DNA of 63,480 bases, the filler included, from Choristocarpus tenellus KU-1152 (lineage: Eukaryota; Protista; Phaeophyceae), in NCBI GenBank assembly GCA_964200185.2. It is 12 parts of 12 records of this genome, joined end to end, with 100 filler letters (N's around TTAATTAATTAA, not from the genome) between each part and the next. Parts side by side here need not be neighbours in the genome. Positions count along the whole stretch, not along the records: positions 31,420 to 36,688 come from CAXNAD020011306.1; positions 36,789 to 43,955 come from CAXNAD020006589.1; positions 44,056 to 48,252 come from CAXNAD020015744.1; positions 48,353 to 60,610 come from CAXNAD020001908.1; 8 more parts are not named here. One strand, 5' to 3'. Position 1 is the stretch's first letter. The number at the start of each line of letters is the position of its first letter. The position numbers and the translations under genes were made by a program. Shown here one piece after another: positions 35,348-48,883 of the stretch. The notes below the pieces were generated by a model, which saw only the letters and a program-made list of their open reading frames with translations, did not search any database and had not been told where the DNA came from.

Positions 35348-37055
35348 GTGAGTTGCAAGTCCCACCTGAGTCCACTAAACCCAACCCTCTTTTCCCAACG
35401 TTTTGCAACCAGTTCAGGGCCTGCTCCACCAGTGCGAGGACCTCTCAGCAAAGATATTTTTCGGCGCTGACATAGAGCATATACTGTTTGACCGACTGAG
35501 GGCCCAAGTCTGTATATGAAAATCAACCTTAACGCACAAAAAACGTGTGAATCAAACGACGTTGGTACCATTCACATCATTCCCAACAACTGTAGCATAC
35601 CATATAATGTACCACCCAGTTGAGCTTTCTACAAGAAGTCCTTGCCGCACCCATGGCCTACATCCCAGTGTTTTGACCATCCAATCTACACACCTACTCC
35701 ATTGCTCGTCATTTTTTTTTTTCCATTTTGCATATTCATTTTGGGCACGTAAAAAGTTGTATTTATGGCTGTAACTGCCAGGAAGTGTAACGGTGTATAT
35801 CCATGTATCATGCAGTCTAGTTATTTTGATAAAGAAGTTTCAACCCTGCTGTATCATTTCTCAGCTCCAAAGTTTGTAGTTCCTGCACTGAAGAAATCCT
35901 GAGTAGCACACTGAACAGGGCTAGATCAGATAAGTGATTTACCATTATTAGGTCCTCTTCCCCTCCATGAGTCTGACGTGCACACTGCAAGCACTGGAAA
36001 TTGCAGCCATTTTTCTCTTTCATACATAATACTGTACTTTTTTGCCAGAATTAGTGAGATGTTGCCGTGAGAGTGGTGCTTGGTGATGCATCGAAATACA
36101 GCCCTAAATGCATCTGCCCTGTCCTGCTTCCCATGACAGTAGCTGTAGGTGTTGTATATGTCTCATCATACACATCAATAGCATCACAAGGAAAGTTGAA
36201 AATCTACAGGAAATGAAAATACAATCGAGAGTGCATTGTGTTGTCCTGTTGCCCATAACGTTTTAAAAATATGACTGGAAAGTGCTTATTTTCCATGTAT
36301 TTGGAGGGTCCACAGACTATTCCCCCCCCCCCCCCTCCCCCTCTTCCACCTTACTTCATGTGAGTTTTAAAAACGCACATATTTTCGGTGGTAAAAAATC
36401 CCTTTTTCGCATGTCGTCGTCCCACCAATGTATACTCCCAACAAACACAGTGCGTCCAGTGCAGTTCCCCCAATCAACTCCCGCCCCAACTCACCTGCCC
36501 CAGCTGTTATTCCTGCCACTCCATTGTTGCTTACTCCTGGCACACTGCAGCCCGCTGTTCTTTTTTTCTTCTAGTGATCTCATTGTCTATGCCCCTCTCA
36601 ATAAACAGTGCCGACTTACCCCCCCCCCCCCCACCCCCCCACCTCTTCCACGTTCCCCTATTATGTGCCCTCTCTTTTTTGCTGACTTNNNNNNNNNNNN
36701 NNNNNNNNNNNNNNNNNNNNNNNNNNNNNNNNTTAATTAATTAANNNNNNNNNNNNNNNNNNNNNNNNNNNNNNNNNNNNNNNNNNNNCCCCCCCCTGCC
36801 CCCCAGATACTTTGAGCCAATGGGAAGTGTAGTAAATGGCAGTGTATCACATTTATGTTCTTGGTGGGTCTCAATAAGCGGCAGGGTGTTACTCTGTCCA
36901 AGATGATAATGCGGTGGAGGGTCTCTTCAACATGGACACTTCGAGGCAAAGTGTGAGACTCATAAACGAACGCTCTTCAAAAAATGTTTTTTTTTGTGTT
37001 TGTTTAAAAAAACGCGAGTACTACTACTATGCAGTAATTTTGTTTTGGGGGTCAA

Positions 37056-37096
<41 letters not shown>

Positions 37097-38299
37097 TGCG
37101 TGTGTGTGTGTGTGAGTGTGTGTTGCTTCAAAAAAAAAGAAAAATAAATGCCATTTATTATTTTTCTTGATCCGATTCACTGAAAAAGAAAAAAGAAAAA
37201 AGAAAAAGAAAATTCCAAGAATATGAAAGAAATACTCTTATCCATTAAGGAATTGCGTATAAATGCGGAGATATTTTCATTCAAAAAAAATATTAATTCC
37301 CAAAAAAAAAAAAGTAGTAGGTTTTTGGTTGGGTCTTGGAAAGAGTTTCTTGCGAAAAACGGGCATGAAACACGCAACACACCGGCACGTTTCATAATCA
37401 TGATCTGTTTCAGATTTATTTTTTGTCGAGACGTTTTTATTCTTCTTCAGCGAAGTGTCGATGCCACCTTTAAAAAAAAAAAAATGTTTCGTGAAACCGT
37501 GCATTTGGGTTATAAATCGCGATAAGGAAAAAAAGTCTAGTACAGGGTATATATATATATATATACGCATACTCCCGAGGAGATTTTTCAAGGAATATTC
37601 CGTGGGTCACATCTTGGAAATCTCAACTATTGATATTGTCGCCTTCGTGACGGCACGTGGAAATGCCCTATGCTTGCCACAAACTATAGTTTCAAATACC
37701 AAATATGTACTCGGGGTAGCCTACGTTTGCTGTGTGGAACAGGTAGCTGTACTGCACAATTGCGGAACCCTTCTCTCTCTGCCTTTGCAGGAATTTAATC
37801 CGTTTTTTTCCATCCACACCACCCATTTTTGTCCACATCCAATACCACGAAGAAGTTTTCAAACATAATTGACAATGCATGTTTTGAGCATGATGGGCGA
37901 TTTCCTAGGTGTGTGAAACCAGTTATCGGTTGATTGGATTAAAAAACTGAGTTGCAGGTGAGGCCTACAGGTCACTAGGGTGCTCATTCAGGTTGTCGTG
38001 TTGACATCACAAGGTTTTTTTGTACCGCTATTGGAATCTATGGGATGAGTAATTGATATCACTGCAGATGCCTTGAAAGGTATGAAACCAAGCTAACTAA
38101 ACGTGATGAAGGAGAAACTTTGGCACTACCTCAGAACGATTGCTTGTGACATTCGTTCGTGAGCCGTGATCCTGTATCATTTTGTAACAATAGATATTAT
38201 GTCATTCAAAACACTCCCTATGTAGCTGCTGTCATCGCAATTCTGATGATGCAGATTATGTTCTTATCGTCATCAACTCTCTACTTGACTGCCTCTCAC

Positions 38300-38380
38300 C
38301 TGAAGTCCTGACCGCTCCGATACACTGAGGGTCTTGCCAGAGGATCCCAGCTGCTCTGCGTGCCTCAAGAGATCCACCAT
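38300..38380 (-). CDS. RSPH9: Radial spoke head protein 9-like, first exon
   Basis: MVDLLRHAEQLGSSGKTLSVSERSGLQ|gtgaga resembles the RSPH9/RSP9 N-terminus (LxxxGxxLSxxxRxxL). Only 27 aa are visible. Confidence 0.6.
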
Positions 38381-40230
38381 GCTTGCTTTTTCCACAATCA
38401 ACAAATACGGCGACCCACGGTAGCACACAAACCATGTCAACATCTCAAGAGGTGGAGGACGCTACTGTAGGAAGAGGTGAGGGTCCTGGGGAGCTTTTCT
38501 CAATTTTTCTGGGTAGATTGAATTCACTTAGTGCAATTGACTTGGTATAGAGCCCTTGCGGATAGAGAACACCCGAGAAATAAGGTGAGGGGTTTTGAAA
38601 TATCTTCCAGTAATCTCGAAGTTCTCAACAGACCTTTTGTTGAGTGAAAGAGAGGGCGAAATGCAACATGACTCACTTTTACTGTAGGACTTTGGTCGGT
38701 GTTTATCACTTCTTCTTTTCTCGACCAGTACTGCTTTCGTCTTGCTCTCTCAGGGTAATTAAGCCTGCAACAACGTGTTCTTGTCTTCTTCTTGGCCCCA
38801 AAATATCCGCAAGGTGGTATAAACAAGATTAGTGGATCGAATTAAGTCGATTTTTGAAGTTGAGTAGGCTCAGAACTCTGGTGTTACTTGCTCCGTTCCA
38901 CGTTCGCCAGAGCAAAAAGCAATAATCAATAAAGCGAGGGCGATCAATCAATCACCCCTTGACGGTTTCATTACCCTGATGATAAATATATTATTTTGCA
39001 TTTCAAGGATATTCACTAAAAAAAGTTATCGCTGAGTGTTTGGTCGAACTTTCCTCTTAATACAAACACTGGAGCTTCTATGCCTCGCATGTGTATGTTC
39101 CCTTATGCTGAAATACTTCGAAGTGAGACTGACTCAAAATAAACGAGAGGTACCCAGGCTTTGTCAGATTTGCATTTAAAATCTGTTTTTCAATCCTTTC
39201 CGATTCACCCATCCTGTTCCCTCAATAATAACCACATATACGCAATAATCTAAGTGGGTATAAAATAGGATAATTCATAATAGTATGTAAGTGTGATGGA
39301 AGGTCTGGTGACACTCCGTGCTACATTCCCCTGAAAAATATTAAAGCAAAAATATCTTCTTTGTTTTATGGAGTACTCTCTCTGGAGTACTAACTCCACA
39401 TGTAGAGTACGTGTACATTTGCACGTGCATCCAATATCAACAAACATTTTTGTACTTGGAAAAAAGGTGTACAGTTATTAAACATCCATGATTAACTCCG
39501 TCTTGGCGCACATAAACATACATGCTTGATGTAACGAGTCAATTATGCATGCTGTCGTACGAATATATCAACAGATGATGCAGAGAACGCATGAAAAAAA
39601 AAAGAATCACTCGAGTTCCCTTCAACATTTTGTTGCACTTCCTGGCATTTTGTAGACGTTATTACATGTGTATGTGACAAAAGGAAACATTGAAAGCACG
39701 AAAAATACAATTTCCACAACAGCAACAGTCTGCAGAGCATATTATGTAGACCTTCCAACACATCAACACATCATAAACAACACTCATTCGAGTAACAACA
39801 GGCATGCAGTTTCTAACCTGGAGACGAAACTGTGATTTTGGAAGCTTTTTAGAGTAATACCCACAACACAGTGGCGCAATGAGTCAAATCTAGGGCGTTT
39901 CATAACATACCGCAGAAATGGTGCGTTAAAACATCGACAGTCTTGCCGCAATCAAACGTCTGTCATGCCCAACGGCAAGAGTTTCCATTTTCGATGATCT
40001 TCTACATAACTGTCAACACATCCACACACACAAACACACACACCAGCATTCCTGCTTAATGTAGGCACATAAAGTCTACAAGTGTATTTCGAGATATCTC
40101 TACTCCAAATTCTAAACTTCACTCTCCACTTCCCGTCATGAGTATATCAGGATCCCCCTGCCTAGTACACTTCATATGGCCATAAAGTGGTGCAACTGTG
40201 TAGTGGTGCATCTATCATAGGCTTAGTGTG

Positions 40231-43200
40231 TTAGCAAGGCGGGAGATAAGAAGTTCTCCATCTGCGCCAAATGCGCTTAGCTCGTGATGCCCAGCCTGTA
40301 CACCCTGTCCCTGAACTCTTTGCCCGCCTTGAGTTTTCCAGTGCTTTTCCGCCATGTACCTTCTGTGCGAGCCCTGCTGAGAAGTGTGTGGGAGGAGTAT
40401 CATACCGTGGTACCAGGCACAGCACGAAGAGAAGTCTCTGGGGTCATGACAAAGGATGACACACTAGTACTCTAATATTAGGTAAACAAATCAAACTATG
40501 CTGTTGCACAAGATGAGTATTTCCCCGAACACCAGATCTCTACGTTTCCTACTGATGCCCTTCATTAAGCAAGGAACTGGTTACCTTGTACATTTGCCCT
40601 CCTGCGTAGATTTAGGCTTCCTTTCTGCCTTACACCTGCTTCTTGTCCTACATTGAGTCGTGAAGGGTGAGAGTACCGTCCTTCAGCTGACCTTGACTCT
40701 GTTCCAGCTCTTCCCCCAGCCCAAACCCCCTGTTGCCCCGACTCCACCCCAGCCAGGTCTCCCACCCTAACCCCTCCCACCGGGACGTCCCCTTGCTCTA
40801 CCTCAATCCACATGTCGGCACATCCCAACTCTCCCCTCTCTACATCTTCCCCAGCATCACCCCAAGCCCTTGCAACATTTGACGTCTCTGGCCTGGCCGA
40901 ATCCGTAACACCAGCCAACAGATTGTGTTGTGTGCCCGTCTCTAGTCCACCCCCTTCCCTTGTACTTGTCCTCTCCCCCACCTTCATTTCCCCCCTGTCT
41001 GCAGCTCGAGCTTCTCTTCCCTGTGATGTCACAACTATCCCCACCCCGGGCTGGGACACACACAATCCCTTGCATTCTGACCTCATTCCTTGCCCATCCC
41101 ATTCTTCGCCCCTTGATCTCTTGCCTACCTTACACTGAGCTTTAGGTACTTGCTGCTGCACTGGATGATGGGAATGAGACGAATCCTGCGAAATCGGTGA
41201 CAAAATGAGATGTTTGTTGCTTTGTAACAAGTCTGTTCATAGGGCATTTTGGTCCTCGAGGACTGCCTGGAGGACTTTCTTTCATGATCTGTATTATTTG
41301 CCGAGCTGCGTGCAATGGGATTATCCTGGTATGTTTCTACACTCTAAGAATGGGGTGAATGACTCGATGCTTAGGAACAATGATCATTTGGCATGTTAAT
41401 ACATACAAATCAGAAAATAGTAACTACTTCAGCATGGTACGTCTGGTTTGAAGAAACATCACAAACCGAACGGGTTCGGTAGACCTGATACATAATCTCA
41501 CCCCACCTCTACCATATTCACTACTGTATTGAATGTATTGAAAAATGCATGAAGACATCCATGTTGACAGCACCTCTTGCATGCAATACATCATCAAACA
41601 GTATAATAAATTATGAAATCTCAATGTGGTAGAAGGTGAGTTGAAAGGGGGAACATATCGAAGAAATGCCGTGTAGGTGGGTGGCTATTTTCCACCACCT
41701 CCTCATAATATTTGTGTGTGAATGTACTATGAAGTATTTTTGCATTGTTTTTCCCTCTGACCTTGTCCCTCGACTTTTGTTTGGCTTGTAGTATGGATAC
41801 AATATGGGGACGAGAGAGCATTAGGTTAAAACATTCAAAGAAGGGGGTTCATATCAGCTTCAACTCTGAAGTAGCTTTATGGATCGAAACAACATATTGC
41901 AACAATGTCTTCCATTTCATCAGTTTTGGCACCTACCTGCTGTGCTTGCTGCGCCTCCACGTTGGGCTTCATCCCCTCTCTGCTCTGGATGTGTCCCTGC
42001 CCGTCCAGCTGAGCTAGAGTCTTCCCTGACTTTGACACCTCTCCATCGGCATCCCCCTCTACCCCTCCTTTCCCCTGCAACTCCTCCTGTACTCCCCCTC
42101 CTCCTTCCTGCCCCATCTTCTCCTTCCTAACTTCCCTTTGAACGCACTCGTTGTCTCCTTGTTCAGGAGTGATAACATCGGTTCTGTGCTGCTGCTCACC
42201 TTCGGCCATGTACCACACCTCTTTTCAACTCCCTCGCGCGGGAGTAGCAATTAATACTGGGGTGGATCAAAATGAAGGGCGATGCGTTCGGGATGAGATT
42301 GGGGAGGTATACTGCCATATCAGGATATACTTTAAAATTGAGCATGTATGTCCGTTCTTTTTGCTCCTATCATTATGCAAACCACATGGAAAACACCTCG
42401 CCACCAAACAAGAAGATTACTTCGCCTAAATTGTGTGCTACTGAGTATGTTAACTCCAATCAAGACCTGACAATGTGCTCCATCCTTTCTGCATCCATGT
42501 CAAACTTGCTGATGCTCTTCGACCTACATCTGTACAAATTGGCATACTTCTTCTGTTTCAAATGGGGTGACTGGCAATGCTACAACATCTCGGACATGAA
42601 ATATTTTGATACAGTCACGGAACAAATTCTATTGCTTACCTTCGTTCCATGCAGCTTCTTAGCAGATTTGGGAGTGCTAGTGTATGTGGGTCGTCCCTCT
42701 TCCATAGCAGCAAGCTCAGCACCATAATCAGTTGCCCACATTTTGAGAAGGCGTTGGAAATTCTTGCTGATCACCAGCTGTCTCCCATACCCACCCCAAG
42801 TCCCACCCCATTCTCCAGTGCATGACACTCCCTGCTTTCCCTCGGACCCCCTTGATAAGGAATTCACTCAACCAATCTTTCTTGTCTCCCTCTCTCTACT
42901 GTTTGAGGTGCCCATCTTCTGTTTCCACGAGGTATGGTACAACTGTGCATATTGTTTCAACCATCTTATGGGGTAATTGACATTAAAGCACTGCCAAGGT
43001 CAAGATGAACTAGTTCGTCACAATCAGAGACCTATCGTTGCTAAATACGTGGATGAACGCTATTTACAATATCGAACTGACGTAAAGATATATATGATAA
43101 GAATAGGATAATGGGTGATATCAAGGTGATATTTGCCTTAGCATACCTGCTGAACTCGCTGAAACGCCTTGGAAGGGAAGATAGAGTCAAAAGCTACCAT

Positions 43201-43867
43201 TTGTTCTCCATCAGCTGTCTTTGCCTTGTGGCCTCCAATCTCCCATCTGCCCTCCCTGTGGGCCTACTCCTGCCCATACCCAATTGTCCATCCCTTCCCT
43301 GTCCCTGTTCCCGCTCCCTGTGTCAGACCCAGAGTGAATATCTGACACTGGACAAGAGCCTGACCCTGCGGACGAGGCTGGATTGGGCACTGAACCCATG
43401 TGTTACACAGAGGCTGCGCTGGCACCTGACCCTCGTTCTTGCAAAGGACCTCTGGCTTTCTCTCCTCCCGCATGTGGTCACTGTGCTTAACCTCACCATG
43501 AATGTCGTTCCAAGAGTACGTGACCCCACACACCTGCTCCAGGTCAACAAATTGACCATATTCGTCTTCACTGCTGCCGTTGCTGACCATGCTACCCCAG
43601 AATCTGTTCCTACCAAGTACAGGATTGCACATGGTCGTTGCATTCCCGGCCACTACCGCCTCCTGGGTCTGTTCCTGCTCCTGCCCCTGCACCTGAGCTG
43701 GATACACCTCCTTGACTTGGGTTTGCACCAGTCCAACAACAGCCTGTGCCTGAGTCAGGGCCTGATTTTTAACTGGGATTTTGTTCTTGACAAGGATCTC
43801 AGTCTTCAAAACCACCTCATTCTCCACCATAGCCTCCTGATCCTTGCAAGCATGCACTGGTGCCGGT

Positions 43868-43955
<88 letters not shown>
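40231..43955 (-). CDS. Unknown multi-exon low-complexity protein, 3' part (approx. exons 43955-~43535, several short ones, ~42767-42640, ~42220-41937, ~41140-40585, 40378-40231)
   Basis: A series of same-strand Q/G/E-rich open frames with GT donors (GTK|gtaagc, QQ|gtaggt, VQ g|gtaacc) and a phase-compatible terminal exon ...RIWRRWRTSYLPPC*. Exact structure is uncertain. Confidence 0.5.
43869..43955. repeat. (CCTGAG)n hexamer microsatellite, encodes (QA)n on the minus strand
   Basis: At least 14 perfect units running into the contig break. Confidence 0.95.
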
Positions 43956-44055
43956 NNNNNNNNNNNNNNNNNNNNNNNNNNNNNNNNNNNNNNNNNNNNT
44001 TAATTAATTAANNNNNNNNNNNNNNNNNNNNNNNNNNNNNNNNNNNNNNNNNNNN

Positions 44056-44206
44056 GGGTACACCAGGGTGTCCATTCAGACACTGACCAGGAGAAATGCA
44101 CTTACATTATCCATCTGATGCATCCAACCAAATCGACCAAAAATCACGACAGGGAAAAATAGACCCTGAATGGACGGTCGCCACCCGCTTCCAGGTACTT
44201 TGAGTC
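44056..44206 (-). mobile_element. MITE family A copy at contig start
   Basis: tacaccagggtgtcc...ccaggtactttgagtc. Confidence 0.8.
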
Positions 44207-45655
44207 ATCACACCCGTAGATCAATATATTTATGCTGAATTAACCCCAAATTTATTGTACTAGAGCACAAAGGTGTGAGTGAATTTTAATCGATTTTAAT
44301 TCCCCACCCCCTTTGGAGAGGGTTACCAAATTCGTGCAGGGGAAAGGGTTAGAAAATAGAGCCATTTCCAAGCAAATTAGAGTTCATATCTATTTTGGGG
44401 GGGGATGCATTACCCTGCATCTTGATCTACCCCCACAATCGTCAGATCGATGGCCGATCGTAAAGCTGCACCTTGATAAACATTCGAACGAAGTATACAA
44501 GAACGTGTAATCTGAAGTGATCGTTATGCCTTTGACCTACCCTATCCATGCCTTTTCTACAACCCTGTAAAATCAACGCGTAGTCAAAGTTCTACTCCAA
44601 CCCTCAGAAAAAACTATTTCCAGGATATTATCACTCTTCACTTCCATATGAGGGTACCTATAATTCCACAAAACACAGAAAGCAGCAACTCACCCATAAA
44701 CAGAAGTCTGCAAGCCAGTTCGAGTTATATCAGGATCACCATTTGCGAAGCAGAAATAAACTACGAGGAGTTGGACCGTCACCCATGAGGTCAACTTTGA
44801 ACCCAAGGCGAGACTGGAGCAATGTCCCATCTTTCTCCCCATGTTCTGTTCGCCTGAATCACGAGGAAATATCCACGACCCAGGAGAGCATTCCCCCCAT
44901 CTCTCTACTACAAGTACGATTCTGTATTAAGAGTTACCCTTTAAGTGATGGTAAGTGCTTTGCGCGCCTAACCTACGAAGATCCGCAACATTCTTCGGAA
45001 CACGTTGGACGGAAGAGTGGTGACATGTCCCGTTGATGGTAAACCTTACTCCCATACACACAACAGTTTTCGACTTTGCACACGAGTGTTACCACGGCCA
45101 GGATCTGCCTATGATGTTTATCTTGTAGATAAGAGTCCCTAATTTTAAAAGCGTGGAAATGGATCTGGATACAATTTCTTGAGTTCCTATTGCTCATCCT
45201 TGAGTAGGCGTGTGTGTTGCGTGAAACCGTTGAAACGTTATCTATTCATATCCAAATGTTGGTCGCGTATCACCACGCCATGGAGTTGAGATGTCAGGAC
45301 GTGCGAAAAAACGTATCAGGCCTTGAGGCGCAATTGCGTCATAATGCAACCTGGACCCTGGCACTGTAAGGCCCCAACACGACGGAAAAGGTTTAAATCC
45401 TAATAATGACAAGGAGTAGACCGACATCTGCAACGAGCTTCCACGAACGTGGTAAGAAGGCGGTCGCAAGCTCGCACGACATCCTAGGGTTGAAGGTGGG
45501 TTCCACCTTTTGAATGTACCCTACATGACCATAGGTTAAAGCACATACTTGAAAGTTGGCGAAGTATCTGACCACGTATAGAACGGGACAATTATCAGGT
45601 TGCACGTCTTGAAAGGTCTCTAGGCGAGGTGATTAGCCATATTCCACTGCGACAG

Positions 45656-47085
45656 TCACCTACCGCAAAAGACGAAATAGAAGAAGCTGTACGGGAGAAG
45701 ATTAGACAGCTCGGGGAGAGTCATGCAAGCAACATGGCTGTTCTTTCCCGACTGGAGCAAAGGTTGAAACGTGAATCAAAAAACGGTGGCTCTTTCTCAG
45801 TTTGCTCAGACGTCCCGAGGCCTAGGGGTGAGAGACACAAGCCAGGCCAGCCTCAGAAGGCTATCCATGGCACAAGAGAGCCATGGAATGAAGGCCACAG
45901 TAGTTGCATCAACGTATCTGTCCGGATAGGAAATTATGGACAAACTCCTTCCAAAATGGGAAAGAATCGCAAAGCCACAGTTTTGAAACCTTTTCGCAGC
46001 ATGGAGAACCACGAGCTCAAGTGGAAGCAGAGAATCAGGGATCAGCGGGAGGTGAGCAGAAGCATTATTCCTAGGTAAGACCTGCATATCAATAATACAA
46101 AGCAAGATTAATTGTCTTGTGTTTGAATAACACCTTCCTATTTTAACTTACTTTCAATATACCAAACACTTGATGTGGCAGAAGGAATATCATAAAAGAG
46201 TCGAGGAGGAGGCGGTAATAAAAATAGAGAGAGAGCGCTTTCTGCGCGCAGTCACAAAGGGAAAGGAATGCCGTGGAGTAATAACACGATCAAAAGAAAT
46301 GGTGGATAGACGTCGGGCATTGGAGGTCAGTGGCAGGTCGGGACATTGAAGGTAAATCAACAGATTTTGAAGATGATCGAAATCTGGATTCGTTTCTCTC
46401 TTTGACGCCTAAAGCAACAAGACACTCTAAATCTATTGAATCAGGTCCATGCTGCTTTAGAAGAGGAAGAGGATCGGCAAATATCCCAATTTAAGGCCTT
46501 GCCTGTTCATATCACCGATGAAGACTGGAAGACGATCCAAGGCAGGCAGGCCATCAGGCGCAAACAGAGAGTGGAAATCAGGAAAGCTCAAGTGAGGACC
46601 CCGAAAATTCCTCCCAATTTAACATGCACCCTTTTCTGTGAAACCTTCCTCCTCTCTCAGGGCTGTAGAACTGTTATTCACATGGAAAACTTGCACAGAG
46701 CAAGACTGCTTATCAACATGGTGGGTAAACTTGACCAATATAGGGAGTTGCCCAATTTTTTACATCTGTGCCCCGATAGGAATGTGATCATAATATTGAT
46801 ACCCAAGCCTGTGAGTGAACTGACTAAATATAATTCATATTACCACTATTCTTCCCACAGATGAGCTCGATGTCACGTCTTCCAAATCGCATGGCCATGC
46901 ACATGCTTAAACAGGAGGCAGCAGGCACAAAATTGGACCAAAATAAGCAGAATAATGCCAGCATCCCTCCTACAAAAAAATGTGTTTCGCCCACCAAGAT
47001 AAGGGGATTCTTGGCAAAGAAGCAGCGCATGTGGGATTCACGAATGGCTGCAACAAAGAGATTCCGATCTCCTCTGATACCTAAG
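45656..47085 (+). CDS. FAM161 (UPF0564)-like centriolar/ciliary protein, exons 45656-46051, 46182-46325, 46445-46591, 46861-47085 (possible first exon 44785-44913)
   Basis: All introns are phase-0 GT-AG. Motifs TVLKPFRSM, QFKALPV, RRKQRVEIRKAQMSSMSRLPNRM and RSPLIPK resemble FAM161 repeats (TVPKPF, QFKAxPVP, SKLPPRM). Confidence 0.65.
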
Positions 47086-48352
47086 GTAATTTAGAGGGCG
47101 CACTTTGTTCCTGTGTCCATTTGCGAAGAGCAAAAATGTGATTATGATCACAAAATGGGTAACCCCCCGCTTTCAAATTCCTTCAAGTGTGTAGTGCACC
47201 AACCAGAGTGAAGCAAGGGTGCAGTATTCACCACAATCTTTGCATCAAACACTAGATCTCTATGCACATTACTTATAATTTGCTCTTGCTACTGTATTTC
47301 ATCTTCTGACCATGACAATCAAGATAATGTTTTCTCCTGGAATCAGTAGTATTGTGTCCAAGAAGTGCTATAAAAGAGAGAAATTTCATTAGATGGTCTC
47401 AAAATTAGCTTAAGATGCCAAATCTTTGCACCAAGAAAGACACCCACATTGTCATAGAGGCATCTATCGGGACTGTAGACAATTTATCTCACGCAACTTT
47501 GTGAGAAGCTTTTTCCAAGGGCGTAGTTGAAGAGAGATCAGAGAGCTTTGCTGGGATCTCTTCCTGCACCCTGTAGAACACTTGAGTAGGGATTGTAATT
47601 GCAATTCCTAGAAAGTCTTTTTTTTCTCAATTAGGAGGGCAGCAGATAGACAGAGACAAATCGTTTCCCTCCCACACACACAACAAGGTACACTTGCAAA
47701 GCAATGTTCTGATATCTAGCTCTTGTGTTTCATTCAGTTGACAAGCTTTTGGTCGGTTGTAACAGAAGAGGTGGTGTTGTCGAGATGTTAGAAGAGATCT
47801 CCACAACTTCCAACTTCCCATATCCTCTCACTTATGATGGTGAACCTTCTTTTATTTTCCAAGGTCTAACTTAGCATCAGGTATACTATTTTTTTTCTTC
47901 CTCTCAAAATGCCCAAACCCTAATGTTTGACCAGAGAAGGTCAATGAAACCATTGCTTATCGGGTTGTTCATTGCATTTCTGACAGATCTTCAGCAAACC
48001 ACATTGTGGTTGTTATAATACCTTGTGGCTTGACATGTTGTGCTGCTTGAATTAACGTATGTTTGCTTTCCAACACCATTGTTGCGATTTTACGCCCCAC
48101 TGTTCAACTACTGCACACCTTATGAGCATCTGTTGGTGCTGATTATTGTGCCATACATGGATCTGGATCCAGTCCTCAGCCCCCCCCCCCCCCCCCCCCC
48201 CCCCCTCCCCCCACCCCCCCCCCCACCCCCCCCCCCACCGTGTTTGTTTTTTNNNNNNNNNNNNNNNNNNNNNNNNNNNNNNNNNNNNNNNNNNNNTTAA
48301 TTAATTAANNNNNNNNNNNNNNNNNNNNNNNNNNNNNNNNNNNNNNNNNNNN

Positions 48353-48400
<48 letters not shown>

Positions 48401-48883
48401 AAAAAAAAAAATAAAAAAAAAAAAATAAAAATAAAAAAGGAACATTTTTTTAAAATTTTTCTATTATCATAATACATACATACATCGCTACATATATATT
48501 CACCCTAATACTATCGCCATTACGCTCGTGTCAAGGGGCATAGGATGTCAGTACCAAGTGTACACACAGTTGGTCTAGCACGTGTGCAGCAGACTCAAGA
48601 GACTCAAAGAGGCAAGAAACGAGAAATGAAGTATATGAAAAATATATACACCGATTTTGTTCTTGTTAAGGGGTGGGTGGGGCGCGCACAAAAAAAGGCC
48701 CTTCGCACTTCTCGGAGAGTATTTCTTTTATTCTCCACATCAGTCCAGCGCTTTGCACACAAGGAAATTTCTCCATGGTCAACCCATTTCCACTGGTGCA
48801 GTAGCCCTGCTACGCTAGTGGGAAAAACCCCCCATGAGACGTCACTATCCCCGTCACTCCCCCCCCCCCCCCAATCAAGTCAC

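Noticed and set aside
43170-43199. Possible 30-nt mini-intron (gtagct...ccaag) in the orphan gene
   Set aside because: Alternative frames fit equally well, and it cannot be supported without transcripts.
43111-44007. 298-aa plus-strand Leu-rich ORF
   Set aside because: Antisense shadow of the Gln/Glu-rich minus-strand frame and hexamer repeat; it extends into Ns.
6652-47085. Apparent cluster of ciliary genes (IFT81, RSPH9, FAM161-like)
   Set aside because: They lie on different contigs separated by artificial linkers, so there is no evidence of physical linkage.
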